Source: Styela clava (taxonomy: Eukaryota). From it: DNA of 64,000 nt. The notes beneath the pieces were generated by a model. That model was not told where the DNA came from. It saw only the letters and a list, made by a program, of their open reading frames with translations, and made no database searches. The stretch covers positions 9,238,001 through 9,302,000 of the forward strand of contig NC_135252.1 in the NCBI RefSeq assembly GCF_964204865.1, written 5' to 3'. Both the position numbers and the translations under genes were made by a program. Each line of letters begins with the position of its first letter. The stretch's first letter is position 1. Positions 12,601-25,154 of this stretch are shown here, in pieces.

Positions 12601-15600
12601 AAAAAAGCTTTGCCTTTACATATCCTGAATCCTTATTTGCCATCTACCATTGAAAGGCTAAAATTCATTTAAACTATTCTGAAGGAAACACCACTTATAA
12701 CCGCTCCTGCATTGGGATTTCCAGTATAATTGATATTACTATGAAATTTAACATAATTGCAACTATTCTCTTGTGTTGTTCTATCAAGAAGTTCAGAGAA
12801 ATATGTATACAAACCTGACAATCATTTTCCTTAATGACATTTTTATTATTTTGTGCATCTGATATTGTTTTATGCAAATTTGATCTTTGTGATTTGATGT
12901 TTTGAAGACGGTCGTTGACTTCTTGTATTCTAGACTAAATGAATGAAATAATAAATCACATTAAAAATTATAAACACCAAAAATATTGCTAATAAGCTTT
13001 AAGAAAAACTATAGATAAATCACCTCATATTGCTATTTTCTAATCGGGTAGAAAATTTCATATTGCTCAATTTTCGAACTTCAACTACAGTGATTAGAGC
13101 GTTGAGCCTAACTATGTCAGCATGGCAGGTTGATACATATGGTTCAAATTTCATGCTCACCAAGTGTGCAATGAATTCGATAAGTAATAAAAAACTGGAT
13201 TTTGATCTTTCCAGAGATATTAGTCGCTTACATTTTAGTTACCGTTCATCCAAAGCTTTGTTTAGAGTTGTGACATAAAAACGCTTCATATAAAGCACAA
13301 TTTATGCGACTCAATTCATATAACTTTATGGATCAGTCGACATCCAGAGACCTAGCAACCAAGTTTAGAAGCTCGGAAAATACGATGCCAAAGTAAACAT
13401 ACAAGTAAACTTGATTCTAAATATAAGTTACATGAAGCACATACCTGACTACAGCTACCATGCAGATGTGTTGACGATCGTCGTCTACTGGAAAATAAAA
13501 AATAAAATCGTTACAATTTTGTAACAAAAATTGATAATGTTGAAGTTTCGAGATAAGATGTAGCTTACCTTGGTGCTTTTTTTTCAACTTCCACTGCCAC
13601 TTTTTCAGCTATTGCAATCAACTCATTTTTCTTTATTAAAAATCTGTTATCTGCTAGACATAGTTTGACTGCGGCATCAGTTACGAGAATCTGAAATTTT
13701 ACATTTAAGAGATATGTCGGAGTAATTGTGATGTCAATAGTCATGATTGTCAATTAGTCAAGATGACAATTTTTGAATAAAAATATTCTAAATTTGGCAT
13801 AATAAATATAACAGGTTTCAAATGTATTCGATTCATTTTGGGCATCACTGCTTGAGGTGAATTGTTTTTCCCATTATTAATCTTTTTCTTGTCATTATTT
13901 TTAAACTAGTGATGGATATTACTTAGTAAAATTACAGTCATTATTGAAATCAATCACATTCATAACTAGAGATGAAAAATATTTCAATCTGATAAATAAA
14001 AGACTATTCAAGCGTCTCTAGGGAAATAAGCGCATCTACCTTTCAGCGTGACAAATAGTGGATTTATTTTAAAGAAGGAAAAATTTGTCTCAAGAGATTT
14101 TTATAAGGATTATATAGAAGAAAATAAAGAATCTGCTCGGGTACAACTCCCAAGAGAGAAAAGCTTCTGTAGGAAGAAATATAGAGCATCCTGCAACAGA
14201 GGTAGCTGTGTGTAATGAAGTCATAAAATATTGATGACATTCTGTGTATTCAATATTGCTTGCCATTTGGATGTACTGTTGGGAATTGTTCTTTATAAAA
14301 CAAAAACCAAGGTACCCTTGAGTTCGTTCTTTAAATATCCATATTCATCTTGCCACAATACCCGAGAGAATGTGAACATCGTAATTAGGCATGTCTCATG
14401 AGAGTTAATTTATAAGGCGGTGTGGGAAGCATGTGTTTTTGTATACTACTCTGTAAAAGGTATTTTGAGCTTAATGCTCTTGAGATTACGCAGATCTGGA
14501 TATGGCAATGACAAGAGTTCATGCATACATGACATATCAACAAGACATGACCAAAGAATTCAATTTTGAGACCTTCAAAATAATAATATTCACAGTCAAT
14601 ATTGTTCATATTTTGTGATTATTTTCAGTCTTTGCAAAAAAATCACTACTTTCATGATATAAATTTTGGCTTCGACACCAGTGCTATCCATGCAAAACGA
14701 ACATTATACAACTAATATTTTTTCATAATGAAGAATCTTAATTCTTGACAATTTTATTCAATAAAAAGAAATATGAACTGAATTTTTATCAAACATATAC
14801 CGGTAATCAACTGACAAAGCATGGATGCTATGTGAAAGAAATACTAGAGACACAAGGGACTGTCCTCAGGTCTTGTAACGTATTCCCTAATTTTTGTTCG
14901 ATTTAACAAGGTGTAGAAGTGTACAATAGGAAATGATTATCTGTAATACTTTCGCGTTTGTCAAATCCAAGTTTGTACTTCTCAGATGTTTCGGGGTTAT
15001 CTACTAGATAAAAGTAAAGCGGCATTTTATCTGACAAAAATCACACGTAGTCAAATTTAATCATTTTTGAGATGAGTTGAAAGAGATTGATAAGTCCAAC
15101 AAGATATATTTGATTGTTTTTAACAAATGCGTATAACTATATGCAATATTCTATACACGAAAAAAAATCTATAATCTCTATGACATAAAATCCCAAGTGA
15201 TCTATCAATATTCCTTTTTCTATGATATGGCAATTACCTCATGTTCAGACATATTATCTGACGTCCTTGTACCCTTTATGTATTCCCTGATTAATACTTC
15301 CATTCTAGGTTTATTATGGTTTTCAATAGCATGCGCTAAATCTCGACAACTTCTATCCTCCTGAATATAACGAAGAATTAATATATATTATTTTTATCTA
15401 GTCCAGAATTAAAAATGAAATTTAATTAATATTTATACCACTTTTCATTACTTTCTTCAAATAGTAAAACAAAACATCTGAAATCAGACATGAAAATGCT
15501 GAAAGGGTGAAATTGAGAAAATGATAATTCTTATCAAGTTTTTTCCTGAGAAAGTTAAAATTAAAGAAAGTTAAAATTAGAGAGAGAGAAAGAGTGATTC

Positions 15601-18600
15601 CACATGTTGGGACGAACATACCTTTAATTGTGATAAAAGATCTTTCTTTTCCGATGAAGAAATTGTGGCAGATTTAATATATTTATGCACAGCATGATTC
15701 AGTATGGTTGACAAAGTGCCTGCATCACTCATCTGGAAGATTTTTATGAAAAGGATTTCAAAATGAAACAAGATCAGACAATATCATACACACAAATCAA
15801 TAGCAATCCTCAGACATAAGTAAAGTTGCTATATGGTAATATAATAGTTTGGTTATTGAAAAATTATCATCTTTATCAATTTTTTTCATCAAAGCATGTG
15901 CTGACACCTAAAATGCAAATTATTATAGTATTGCTGCGAAAAATAACAAAGATCCTAGGAATTTACAACTGAGTTATATTTAACTAGGTTGAATCCTTTA
16001 TTCAGGAATATCAAAAACTACCGTAGGTAAAATATCACATACATGATTTTATTCAATGTACATATTACAACAATTTGAACAAAAATTTATAAATATATAT
16101 TATATAAATTCACAAGATGAGCTCCTACTCATATTTCCCTTCTTGTTTGACTGTTATTTTAACTTCATATACAATTCTATTGGCAAGATGACAAACCTCT
16201 GCATCATCAATATCTCCTGTGCCATTAACTTTCCTTGAATTGTTGTCTATTCTAAACACGTTTCCGAATCCATTCATTGATTTAGGTGACGTCATGGCAG
16301 ATCCACCAACGCTCTTAACATAAAAAATTGATCAATTTCACAGTAGAACAGGAAAATAATGTTTATACATTTCGAAACGTAAATGCAATGTTACTTTCGA
16401 TAAAACGTTCTCGATATCAATGTAGAAAAAAGAAATATAAGTTATATAAGAAATATTAAAGTCAAAATATTCATTCTTTGGTATAAATAGGCAACCAAAA
16501 TATTTTGGATATAATATGAGAATATACATATATCGACTATAGTAAAATTTAAAAAATTCCAGGTAAAAACTCAATTGATATAAAACTAACTTCTAGCAAC
16601 CATTAATAGAATTCACGAATTATCCCATTAATTTTAACTTATTAATACTCAATATTCACCAAAAATTACTTCATCCCAATCACAACAAAAATCTGTACAA
16701 TTTCTCAAATGCCAAAAAAATTTGAATTTGAACTGTATTATAATTCCTGAATGTTAAATATTTAAGATATTGAAAATAACCATAAATTTTTGGCTAAAGC
16801 TGCAAGCATAAGCAGTCCATTTTGTTGAATATGATTGCCATTTTCTTTAAAGCAATATGATATATACCAAATAGAGGATCGAAATTTTAAGAATATTGAT
16901 TGAATGTGGTATGGTTCATTTCTGATAATGCAAATATAGCAATAGTGAAAGCAATTCTTTGTGACATCGAGAATTATAGAAAAGTGTTAGCAAAATTGAC
17001 ACACGCACATATCAACAAGGATTGACAAAAAACCTAATAATATTGATCATATGAAAATGGTGATCTTTTTCAAATATAATCACATCACAGAGATATTCAC
17101 AAAATTTGGCTCAATCAACAAAAAAGTTATAGCAATCTAACGAATTAATCTGCAATTAAAAAAGTTTTACCAGTGGTCTGTTTGAAAGTTCATCTTGTCC
17201 CGGGAGAGCACCGTTAGTTTCTCTTGCAAAACCGGGAGAGGTGGCTTTATTAGGAATTGTGATTGACATTCCTGCAAGATCTCTAGCATCGATTCCAAGT
17301 GATGTTAATGGAATACTTTGAGCAGGAAGATAATTGATCTTTCATAGAAAACAAGATAACTTTAATAATACTAAAAATGTGAAGTTATATATTAAAGAAT
17401 TCAAAGATTGTGATATGTGTAGTGTATATAAGCACAGATATGAAATAACCTAACTAAAATAGATAAGGAGAACAAATTTACACTTTGTATCAAACAAATA
17501 AAATCTACATATATGGATTTTCAGATCACAATTAGTATATTATTAAGCGCATATTTTACGACTTGGGCTATTTTCAAGATAACTAAAGATGCAAAATCTT
17601 GTAAAAAAAATAACTGCTTGGGATAGAGATAGAATGAATTCAATTTTTCATCTGGTATAAGGAAATGTGAACTAGTTAATTTAATAAATTGGCAAATTGC
17701 AACTGTTATAGGTTGAGATTGGACTGTAAAATCAGCTACCAACTTCAGCATTATATATGAAAATGGCCGAGAAAGAAAGATAACATATAAAATAACAGAG
17801 TTCGTGCTGTTTTTATCACGATCAAGAATCCAATCCAACAGTTGCTATTCGTGACAACGAATGGATTCTTGTGCCTTTCTAATATTTCATAACAAATGTG
17901 AAGCATAAAAATTTTAAAATATTGTTCAAAGAAACATACACTTGTTCCTCGAAACATAGCAGGCCGAGTAACCCATTCTTGAAGTGCTTTTTGTAATCTT
18001 CTAACATGCAATGGTTTGCAAGCCATTCCAACCAACGCCATAATTTCAAGAAATTCTTCTTCTCCAGCTTCACAAAGTTGCTGCACATCATCGCCACCTA
18101 GATTTGTGGTCGATAATAATTAGTTGAAATACAAAAGCACTTTCCACAAAATCGAATTCCATTTATATGTTCATTGTGGTTTTGCGATCATGATGAATCT
18201 ACAGCGATAAATTTAATTGTTAATATTGGAAAGATAAAGTTGGGTCTAGTATAGTTTAGTACCACAAGTAGTTCCAGTGGGCAATCCTAACCCCCACTTG
18301 ACTACGTCACCGAAAAATTACGTCATTCCGACGTCAGAGTGGCGTAATAATAAGGCCCACCGAAGTATGCGGATGGTCGTCCAAAACGCGCAGACGATAA
18401 CCCCGAAATCGAGCAAGCTATTTCTCTCGTTTTCTCGTCGCAACGATCACGATAGGAGAGAGATCGCCGGCTTTAGCAAGTTCTTATCGGCCGCGCAGAT
18501 GCCATTCCGGGCGATCGTAATCATACTTTGGCAATCCCTATGACATGATGGTGACGCAGTAGTGATGTAATTTTTGGATGGCATAGTCAGGTGAGGGTTA

Positions 18601-19608
18601 GGAATAACATATGCAAAAATCGTTATGCTACGCCCACTGGAAGTACTTGTGGTAATAAACTATACGGGTCTCGTGTAGTTTCTTACCTAACATACTTCTA
18701 GTGGGCGTAGCATCACGATTTTTGACATATCAATCCTAACCCCCACCTGACTATGCCATCCAAAAATTACGTCACTACGACATCACAATCACGTCATAGA
18801 GCTTGTCAAATATACATACTATCGTCCGAAATGGCATCGGCGCCGACGATAAAGAACTTACTAACGTCAGCGATCTCTCTCATATTGAGATCGTTGCGAC
18901 GTAAAAAACGAGAGAAATAGCAGTTCGGGTTCGCAGACGTGCGCGTCTTGGATGACAGTTCGTATAGTTTGAAGGTCTCTATTACGTCACTGTGACGTCG
19001 TAGAGACGTAATTTTTGGGTGGCATAGTCAGGTGGGGGTTAGGATTGACACATGAAAAAATTGTTGTGCTACGCCTGCTATGAGTATGTAAGGTAGGAAA
19101 CTACGGGACCAACTATACTAGACCCGGATTGACATATGCAAAAATAATTGAGCCAGGCCAACTAGAAGTGCATGCGGAACTAAACTAGTCTATACCAGAC
19201 CCCAAAAGTTGACTGTAAGCATAAAAATTAAAAATAATCTTCATTATAAAAAAAGTTGGAAGCTCGGGTGGGTCCGGCGAACTTATTTCAAGCGCAGCAT
19301 GTCTGCATGTAGGGAATATTTTAGACCATATTTGTATATTGTGAGAATTGTAGGTTTAACATTAGTAGTAGGTGATTTTATAATGCAGTACAGTCCGACA
19401 GTACGGTACCTGCAGTAATGCAAGTTGTTCGCAAACTGGGCAAACACATGACAAACTTTTAAATATAGAACAGCCTGGCAAAAGTTGATGAATTGTATAT
19501 TCACTTACCTTGTGAAATAAATGTTTCGTAATAGGATAACAGGTTCGCTCGCTGCAACACTTTGAACAATTGCAACTCTCCTAGCGTCGAAGGCTTTGTA
19601 GTACTCAT
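9682..19608 (-). CDS. NAB: NGFI-A/EGR-binding co-repressor (NAB family)
   Basis: 14 in-frame exons: 19608-19509, 18097-17940, 17338-17171, 16313-16197, 15732-15622, 15360-15238, 13690-13569, 13487-13445, 12934-12815, 11725-11636, 11200-11146, 10617-10404, 10332-10268, 9827-9682. NCD1 reads [67 protein letters not shown]; NCD2-like [33 protein letters not shown]; C-terminal IKTE motif. Downstream exon choices are less certain than the N-terminus. Confidence 0.93.
10059..10252. mobile_element. GG-terminated MITE in the last NAB intron (same family as 32528-32719)
   Basis: Imperfect TIRs GGTACTCCCGTAGTGTGTGTACCA / TGGTACACACACTTCTGGAGCACC; flanks AAATTTTT / AAATTTTG (7 of 8 match); interior similar to the copy at ~32.5 kb. 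Confidence 0.8.
13089..13165 (+). mobile_element. Degenerate tRNA-derived SINE head
   Basis: AGTGATTAGAGCG (A-box-like)...GGTTCAAATTTCATGCTCACCA (B-box-like); colinear with the copy at 60905. Confidence 0.5.
18242..19203. mobile_element. Nested stack of related long-TIR MITEs in NAB intron 1
   Basis: Outer element 18242-19125 (GGGTCTAGTATAG...CTATAC|TAGACCC) is interrupted in its right TIR by an oppositely oriented inner element 18666-19110 (GGGTCTCGTGTAGTTTC...GAAACTACGGGACC) flanked by the 8-bp repeat AACTATAC (18658-18665 and 19111-19118); an extra orphan right TIR follows at 19126-19203. Homologous to 52406-52855. Confidence 0.85.
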
Positions 19609-20068
19609 GATTACAAAGCCTGTGGAACTACGCAGTCAAATCGGCAACCTACTACCTCAAGTTAAACTTCCTGGTTTGTGGATGTTTGAATGGAAAGTTA
19701 AGATAAATAAAGCGAATGCAAAACCATCGGAATCCCTCGAAGCGCGACTGAACGCACAACTAAACTGCGTCGCATCTTTGATCGGATGAGACATCTCGGA
19801 TCGATCAAGAGAAGAAGGGAATCACAGAGAAAAGTCGGCGTCAAAACAACCCGCGTGGGTCCTCGATGCGATCGCAAAACATTTGACAGATAGAAAGAAA
19901 GACAACTTTTAAATTAGATCGCCCATTGATAAGAAATGAAATTGTAAAGTAATCGGTTTTAAAAATTAGTCTGAAACTGTAAAATAGCTTAATAGAGTGA
20001 TGGTTTTGAAGTGCGATCTGTAACATGAAAAAAAAATTAACGAGAGATGGCAGGCAAGAGCCAAAACC
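19609..20068. promoter_or_regulatory. Probable bidirectional promoter/5' region between NAB and the divergent plus-strand transcript
   Basis: Locally CpG-rich relative to gene bodies; lies between the NAB ATG (19608, minus) and a plus-strand exon ending in GAG|GTAATT at 20145. No TSS can be placed. Confidence 0.45.
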
Positions 20069-20594
20069 ATGGTCACAACTTCAGAACTTCCATCACTCTG
20101 CGTTGTTTGGCTTGGAGTTTCAAGTGGTTTCCTGGGATCGTCGAGGTAATTCCGCTTATTAACTACATAGCTTTGTTTAAAGGATCTTGGTAATTATTTT
20201 AATGGGTCGTAGGCTAGTTCTTGCTTAGCCTGAACAAGCATTAAGATATTTATTTGAACCACTCCTATGGCTGTATCGAAAATCTCAATAATACTGTCTG
20301 ACTGTAATATAAATATGGAAATGGGTGAAGTTATATTATCAACTTCTGATTGTATCTCAGCATGTCTATAGCTCCTGAATCAGTTTGATTTTATTCTTCT
20401 GAGAATTATCATATACGGTTAATTACCTACCTCAATAACCTGATAATGTTATACCGGTAACGCACGTGCTGATTTTAATATACTTTAATTTGTGCTATTT
20501 GTACTGCCTTGTCTTCTACGGTTCTTATTCATTTTCTATATTGAGCCCGGTTTCGATATTGTGGTAGGCCTAGATCACAGCGCAGTACAGAATA

Positions 20595-21403
20595 GGGTGG
20601 TATAGCCAGTCTGCGGACGATTTCATTCAAACGGCTATAAAACAAAAACCAATATTTCTAACCCGTTAATTTTTTCACCGTAGGTGCATTGGCATGTAAC
20701 TTTCTACGACCAGGGGTTAAGCTATACAAAGCTTAATTCTTCTTAATTTCTTAATCGGAAAAGAAAGATCTTTTATCACAATTAAAGGTATGTTCGTCCC
20801 AACATGTGGAATCACTCTTTCTCCCTCTCTCTGTATATATAAGCTATACGCAGCCATGCGTGAAAAAATTAGGCTTCTAATTGCATTTCTGACCGTCATA
20901 TATTTTAAGAACACGGTCATTTCGAACAAAACTTGTCAAATTATATACAAAGCACCGCATCAAAGCAATCAAACAGACAAAAACACGGTGGTCGCAAATT
21001 GGTCCACAAAGATGTTATCGACGTATTGGAAATGCGCACCCCCCTATTCCCCCTCCTTTAAATGTAGAAACGCGAAAAATTAAAGATGGGTAAAAGAAAC
21101 ACAACTCTACCCCCTTGCCAAGTTTCATCTTTTTATCTCCTATATTTGTATGGATTTTCAAGTTTTTTCAATAGGAAATGGGTAGTAGAAAAAATAATCC
21201 GTTTTTTTTCTTCGGTCAGGTTTTCGGTCGTAACTTTTTTGTTTGTGGCCGCATTTTAGTGTAATTTCGCAGAGCTGTGAGGGACAAGAGGACGATCACG
21301 CGTGAGAAATATCGTTGCGGTTCGCTAATTTTTTCGACATTAATTAGATCGATGAAGTTGATGGCCGCAAATAGGTCGGGGCCGCAAAGCGGGTAAGCCA
21401 CCC
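20595..21403. mobile_element. Non-autonomous TIR DNA element (~810 bp), superfamily unassigned, carrying a captured NAB fragment
   Basis: Imperfect inverted ends (TA)GGGTGGTATAGCCAGTCTGCGG / CCGCAAAGCGGGTAAGCCACCC(TA); CpG-rich interior without a transposase ORF. Confidence 0.6.
20745..20830 (+). repeat. Inverted 86-bp copy of the NAB exon 5/intron 5 junction (source 15579-15664)
   Basis: AATTTCTT(A/C)ATCGGAAAAGAAAGATCTTTTATCACAATTAAAG|GTATGTTCGTCCCAACATGTGGAATCACTCTTTCTC(C/T)CTCTCT; 2 mismatches by eye. Also visible as the shared [11 protein letters not shown] start of ORFs 15422-15619(-) and 20790-21083(+). Confidence 0.92.
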
Positions 21404-23418
21404 TATAATGTAACCCATGTCCTCTAAACTCATAATTCTGCTATAAATTGTTGGATCATGGAACAAAATTTTCCTATAGTTATGTTGTCGCAACCAATTC
21501 TGACAGTTTATTTACAGCTTAAATGCAATGGCAAGGAGCCTTGATGATCTTCGACGGTCTTGCATACTGACCTGCACAAAACACAAAACAATGTGTAAAC
21601 AATGTGTGCTATGGCCAACTGGATTGACCGTTGTCTACAATTCCAACTCTGCTAGTAATGGAAGTCATTAAGGAATTACGGATCGGTTGTTTTATGTCAA
21701 ATCGCTTAGTACTAAAATATTTTGAAATCACACAAGGGAAAAGGTACAACAGGCACAATGGTATTTGAAAGGGAATGAACCGTTTTATAATGATATATTC
21801 AAAAATTCTTAGGCCATATCACACCCAGTAAAATTGTGATGTTACACTGCTGCCTTGGCCCGCTGTTATTCTGTAGGCAACACTTTAGTTTACAAGGCCG
21901 GATACAGGATATCATAATATTATCTGGATGTCAATTTTGCATCTAACTAAATCTTTACTTCGTTCATGTGATTCATAATACCATTGGCACGGGGTCGGGG
22001 ATATGGGAATGGTCACATTGAGGGTGATAGAATTATGCAACAGAGGTAAAGTTGCCATTTCTTTCCAACCCTCTGCAATTGATTACTGACGATGAACTGT
22101 CTCATTTGTTATATAATATAATAAATATTAACCACTCGCCCAATAAAAAATGTATTAATGATCAAATTACATAAGGAATCATTAGCTGTATAACCATAGT
22201 ATCGGTAAAGTAATCTTTGGTATGAGTCTTCAATTTGTGTGTGAATTGAAGACTGGTCAGCAAATGATGTCGTACCGCTCTCCCAGTTTAAACAAACTGA
22301 TATACAGAATGTACTGCCAAGTATTAATCAAATTACTTGCCATAAAACCTGCTGTGTTCATTTTATTCAAGGGAATATCACCAATTTTACTTGGTGTACC
22401 AGAAAATACAAAAAAATAGTTCGATAAGTGATGATAAAGGCCGCTGGAAATGATTCTAGAGAGAATATTCTCCATAATCAAACCATAGTTGCATGACATA
22501 ATGATTTTAGAATAGCTAATGAATGCTTTACAATAAACAACATATAAAGGTTTTTAGGAAGTAGTGCCAAACACTTTGAATTTTAGCGAGGACCATTTTT
22601 ATAAATAACCAGTAGCTATCAGCGAATGTTTATGGAAGACTGAATCGGTGTTTGTTATTCTGCTACCAACATGTATTGAATGAAAGGGTTAATATTTCCA
22701 TAGTAATCTCAAACCATATATAAGCACATTTTCCATTTTTTCTTGATGGTTGGATTGCTTGAGCCAAGTTTCCATTTGCTGTAGTCTTTTGTTCTTTTCT
22801 TCACTGTAATGATATAATATTGATTTTGAGGTGATCATACAACATTATGCTGCCTATAATCCAAATAATGTCATCAATTACAAAATGCTTATGCCTTACT
22901 GTTAGGATTATCCTTGTATCACTATATATCCCCAATATTGATTTGGTTTTGGATACAATACTGTGTCCAATTAATATAATTCTATTAACCGGTAATGAGA
23001 AATGCTCATCTCATAGTGTAGTTGTATTTACGTTAAGATTTTCATGGGTATACAATTTATTAACGGGATGTGCCAACTATAGGTTCCATGTGACTCAATA
23101 TGATTCAAGGTATATTTTTAAATTTGCATTTTAAACATTTAATGACTATTTTTAAGAGGACAAAAATATTGTTTGGATTAATAAAATCTTTTTTTTCTGT
23201 GCCACATTCGAGAATATATGGTGTATAATATACAATTGAGTAATAAAAATGTGGAGGAATGTAATGTGGGAAGTAAAAAGACATACAGTAACCTGATTAT
23301 AAAATTGAATGTTAACATATATGTAGCTAAATCTTCCCTTCTAATAGAAACTTGTGTATTTTTTAAACAATGTCCTGTATTTAATGTAACAGGAAAAAAT
23401 GAAATATAAAGTTGAATT

Positions 23419-23523
23419 GGTGCTTCTGAAGTATGCGCACCAAGATGTCGCATAACCTGAACCCTGGTACGCAACATGAGTTCAGGTTGTGCGCCATCTT
23501 GGTGCGCATACTTCAGGAGGTCT
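23419..23523. mobile_element. Short, nearly palindromic GG-terminated MITE with 8-bp TSD
   Basis: Arms CTGAAGTATGCGCACCAAGATG.CGCA.AACCTGAAC / GTTCAGGTTGTGCGCCATCTTGGTGCGCATACTTCAG; exact TSD GTTGAATT at 23411-23418 and 23524-23531; TIR resembles that of the 10059 family. Confidence 0.85.
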
Positions 23524-24674
23524 GTTGAATTTATATAAACTTCGGGAAGATTTACTTTAAATGTAGCCCAAGTCATTGAATAGTTGTGCACTCATACATA
23601 CCCAATTTGATTTTTTTTTTTTAAATTTCCCCCTTCTTTTATTTTTGTACACGAAAACAGAATGGCGTCCGAACAACCTGAGAGTATTATTTTAAATTAA
23701 AACCTATTTTTGGAAATATAAGTTATTTACAATAAACACCATAGTGCCGTTGAGTATGGTAAACTAATGATATTTCTATTTAGTGATCACACAGATTGTT
23801 TATGGTTTTGTAGTCACATTTATACATGCAATATAACCAATAATTTAATCTCGAATTTTCTCCTAACCAAATTAGGCATCTTACGAAATTGTTAATAATA
23901 ATAGATAGCAGTATGGTAATTTTGTATGCAATTAATATGGTAATATTATGTCTACATAACCACACACTTTCGCCATTATAATATATAGAATACCAGTAGA
24001 CTATGTTCAAGTCTAGTTACACATCTGCACTCGATTAACAATATTACTTACAAATCTTCAAAAATTAAACTTTCTGTATATATGGCAGTCAGGGGCCTCA
24101 TTCAAACCACAGTTAGGGAAGGTATATCATTCTTGTTATAACAATTATAAAATGCAAAAGTAGTATAATAAATGTATTCCAGTTTACGTACTATATCAAT
24201 TAGCCTCTTAGGTTTTTTTTAGTGTGGCTTCTATCAGGTTTAGCGAATTAAAAGTATTTGTTTTATATATTTTTTGTTTTATTATACTTGATTCTGTAAC
24301 TTTGATTATGTGGTAATTATTATTAATTAATTATGTCATGGTAACCTCCCATTTTGATTTTATTGATTTGGTATATAAAAATTGTGATAAATATGCTCAT
24401 TATTGTTTGGTATTCTAATTTGATATGTTGCTATTTTATATGCTTTTTCATAATCTCTTGTCGATATCTGCTAAATAAGTTAGTATCTCAGAAAGATTGA
24501 AAAAATTTTGGCAAAACTCTGGGTTTTGGAAATGTTTGTCTCCACCCTCTGGCTGTAAAAAAGTGCATTTTTAAAACTTTTAAAATTATTTCATCACCAT
24601 TGAAAATCTGAAATTTCGACTCCAGGAGATTTGGAAGTAGAATTCAGACTCCAGTGATGGTGTTTGCTTTAGAT

Positions 24675-24995
24675 CAGGGGTGCACAACTCAAATGAGAAT
24701 ATGTGCCAAATTTTTTAAAATATTCTTGTCGCGTGCCATGCACAATCGTTGGTATTGTAAATTAACTCCCGTAAAACAAAACACACATCAAACAAATTCC
24801 AATAATAATTCATAAAAACGAATATCTATTTATTGAAACAATTTAATGTCCTGAAAACTGCTGATTTTGATAGAAACGTGATATTTTAATGTATATCATA
24901 AATGCAATTTTTATTTTCACAAAACCATTCGCGTGCCACGTTTGAGCGTATGGCGTGCCAAATTTGGCACGCGTGCCCCGTGTTGTGCACCCCTG
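24675..24995. mobile_element. hAT (Charlie-like) MITE
   Basis: Perfect 14-bp TIR CAGGGGTGCACAAC / GTTGTGCACCCCTG; 8-bp TSD CTTTAGAT / CTTTAAAT; subterminal GCGTGCCA repeats. Confidence 0.88.
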
Positions 24996-25154
24996 CTTTA
25001 AATCAACTCAATTTCATGGTAGTCTTTCAATCCGTCAGCATCAACCAGATATCAGAACGTTTGAAGTAACATTTTTGGTATTTTTATATCACAGATCAGG
25101 TGTAATTTAGCTTGGTAATTCTTATGTAATTCTGGGATATTTTTGAAGACTAAC

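Noticed and set aside
18277-18710. EGR-like sites (AGTGGGCG) in MITE TIRs as a NAB feedback enhancer
   Set aside because: Only a partial match to GCG(T/G)GGGCG, and intrinsic to a dispersed repeat also present at 52.4 kb; nothing in the sequence supports function.
21781-23400. snoRNA or other structured RNA in the non-coding stretch upstream of CK2beta
   Set aside because: No convincing C/D or H/ACA box arrangement with terminal stems by eye; an Infernal/Rfam scan would be needed.
23178-23591. 137-aa ORF on the minus strand
   Set aside because: Runs through a palindromic MITE and AT-rich DNA; no family motifs.
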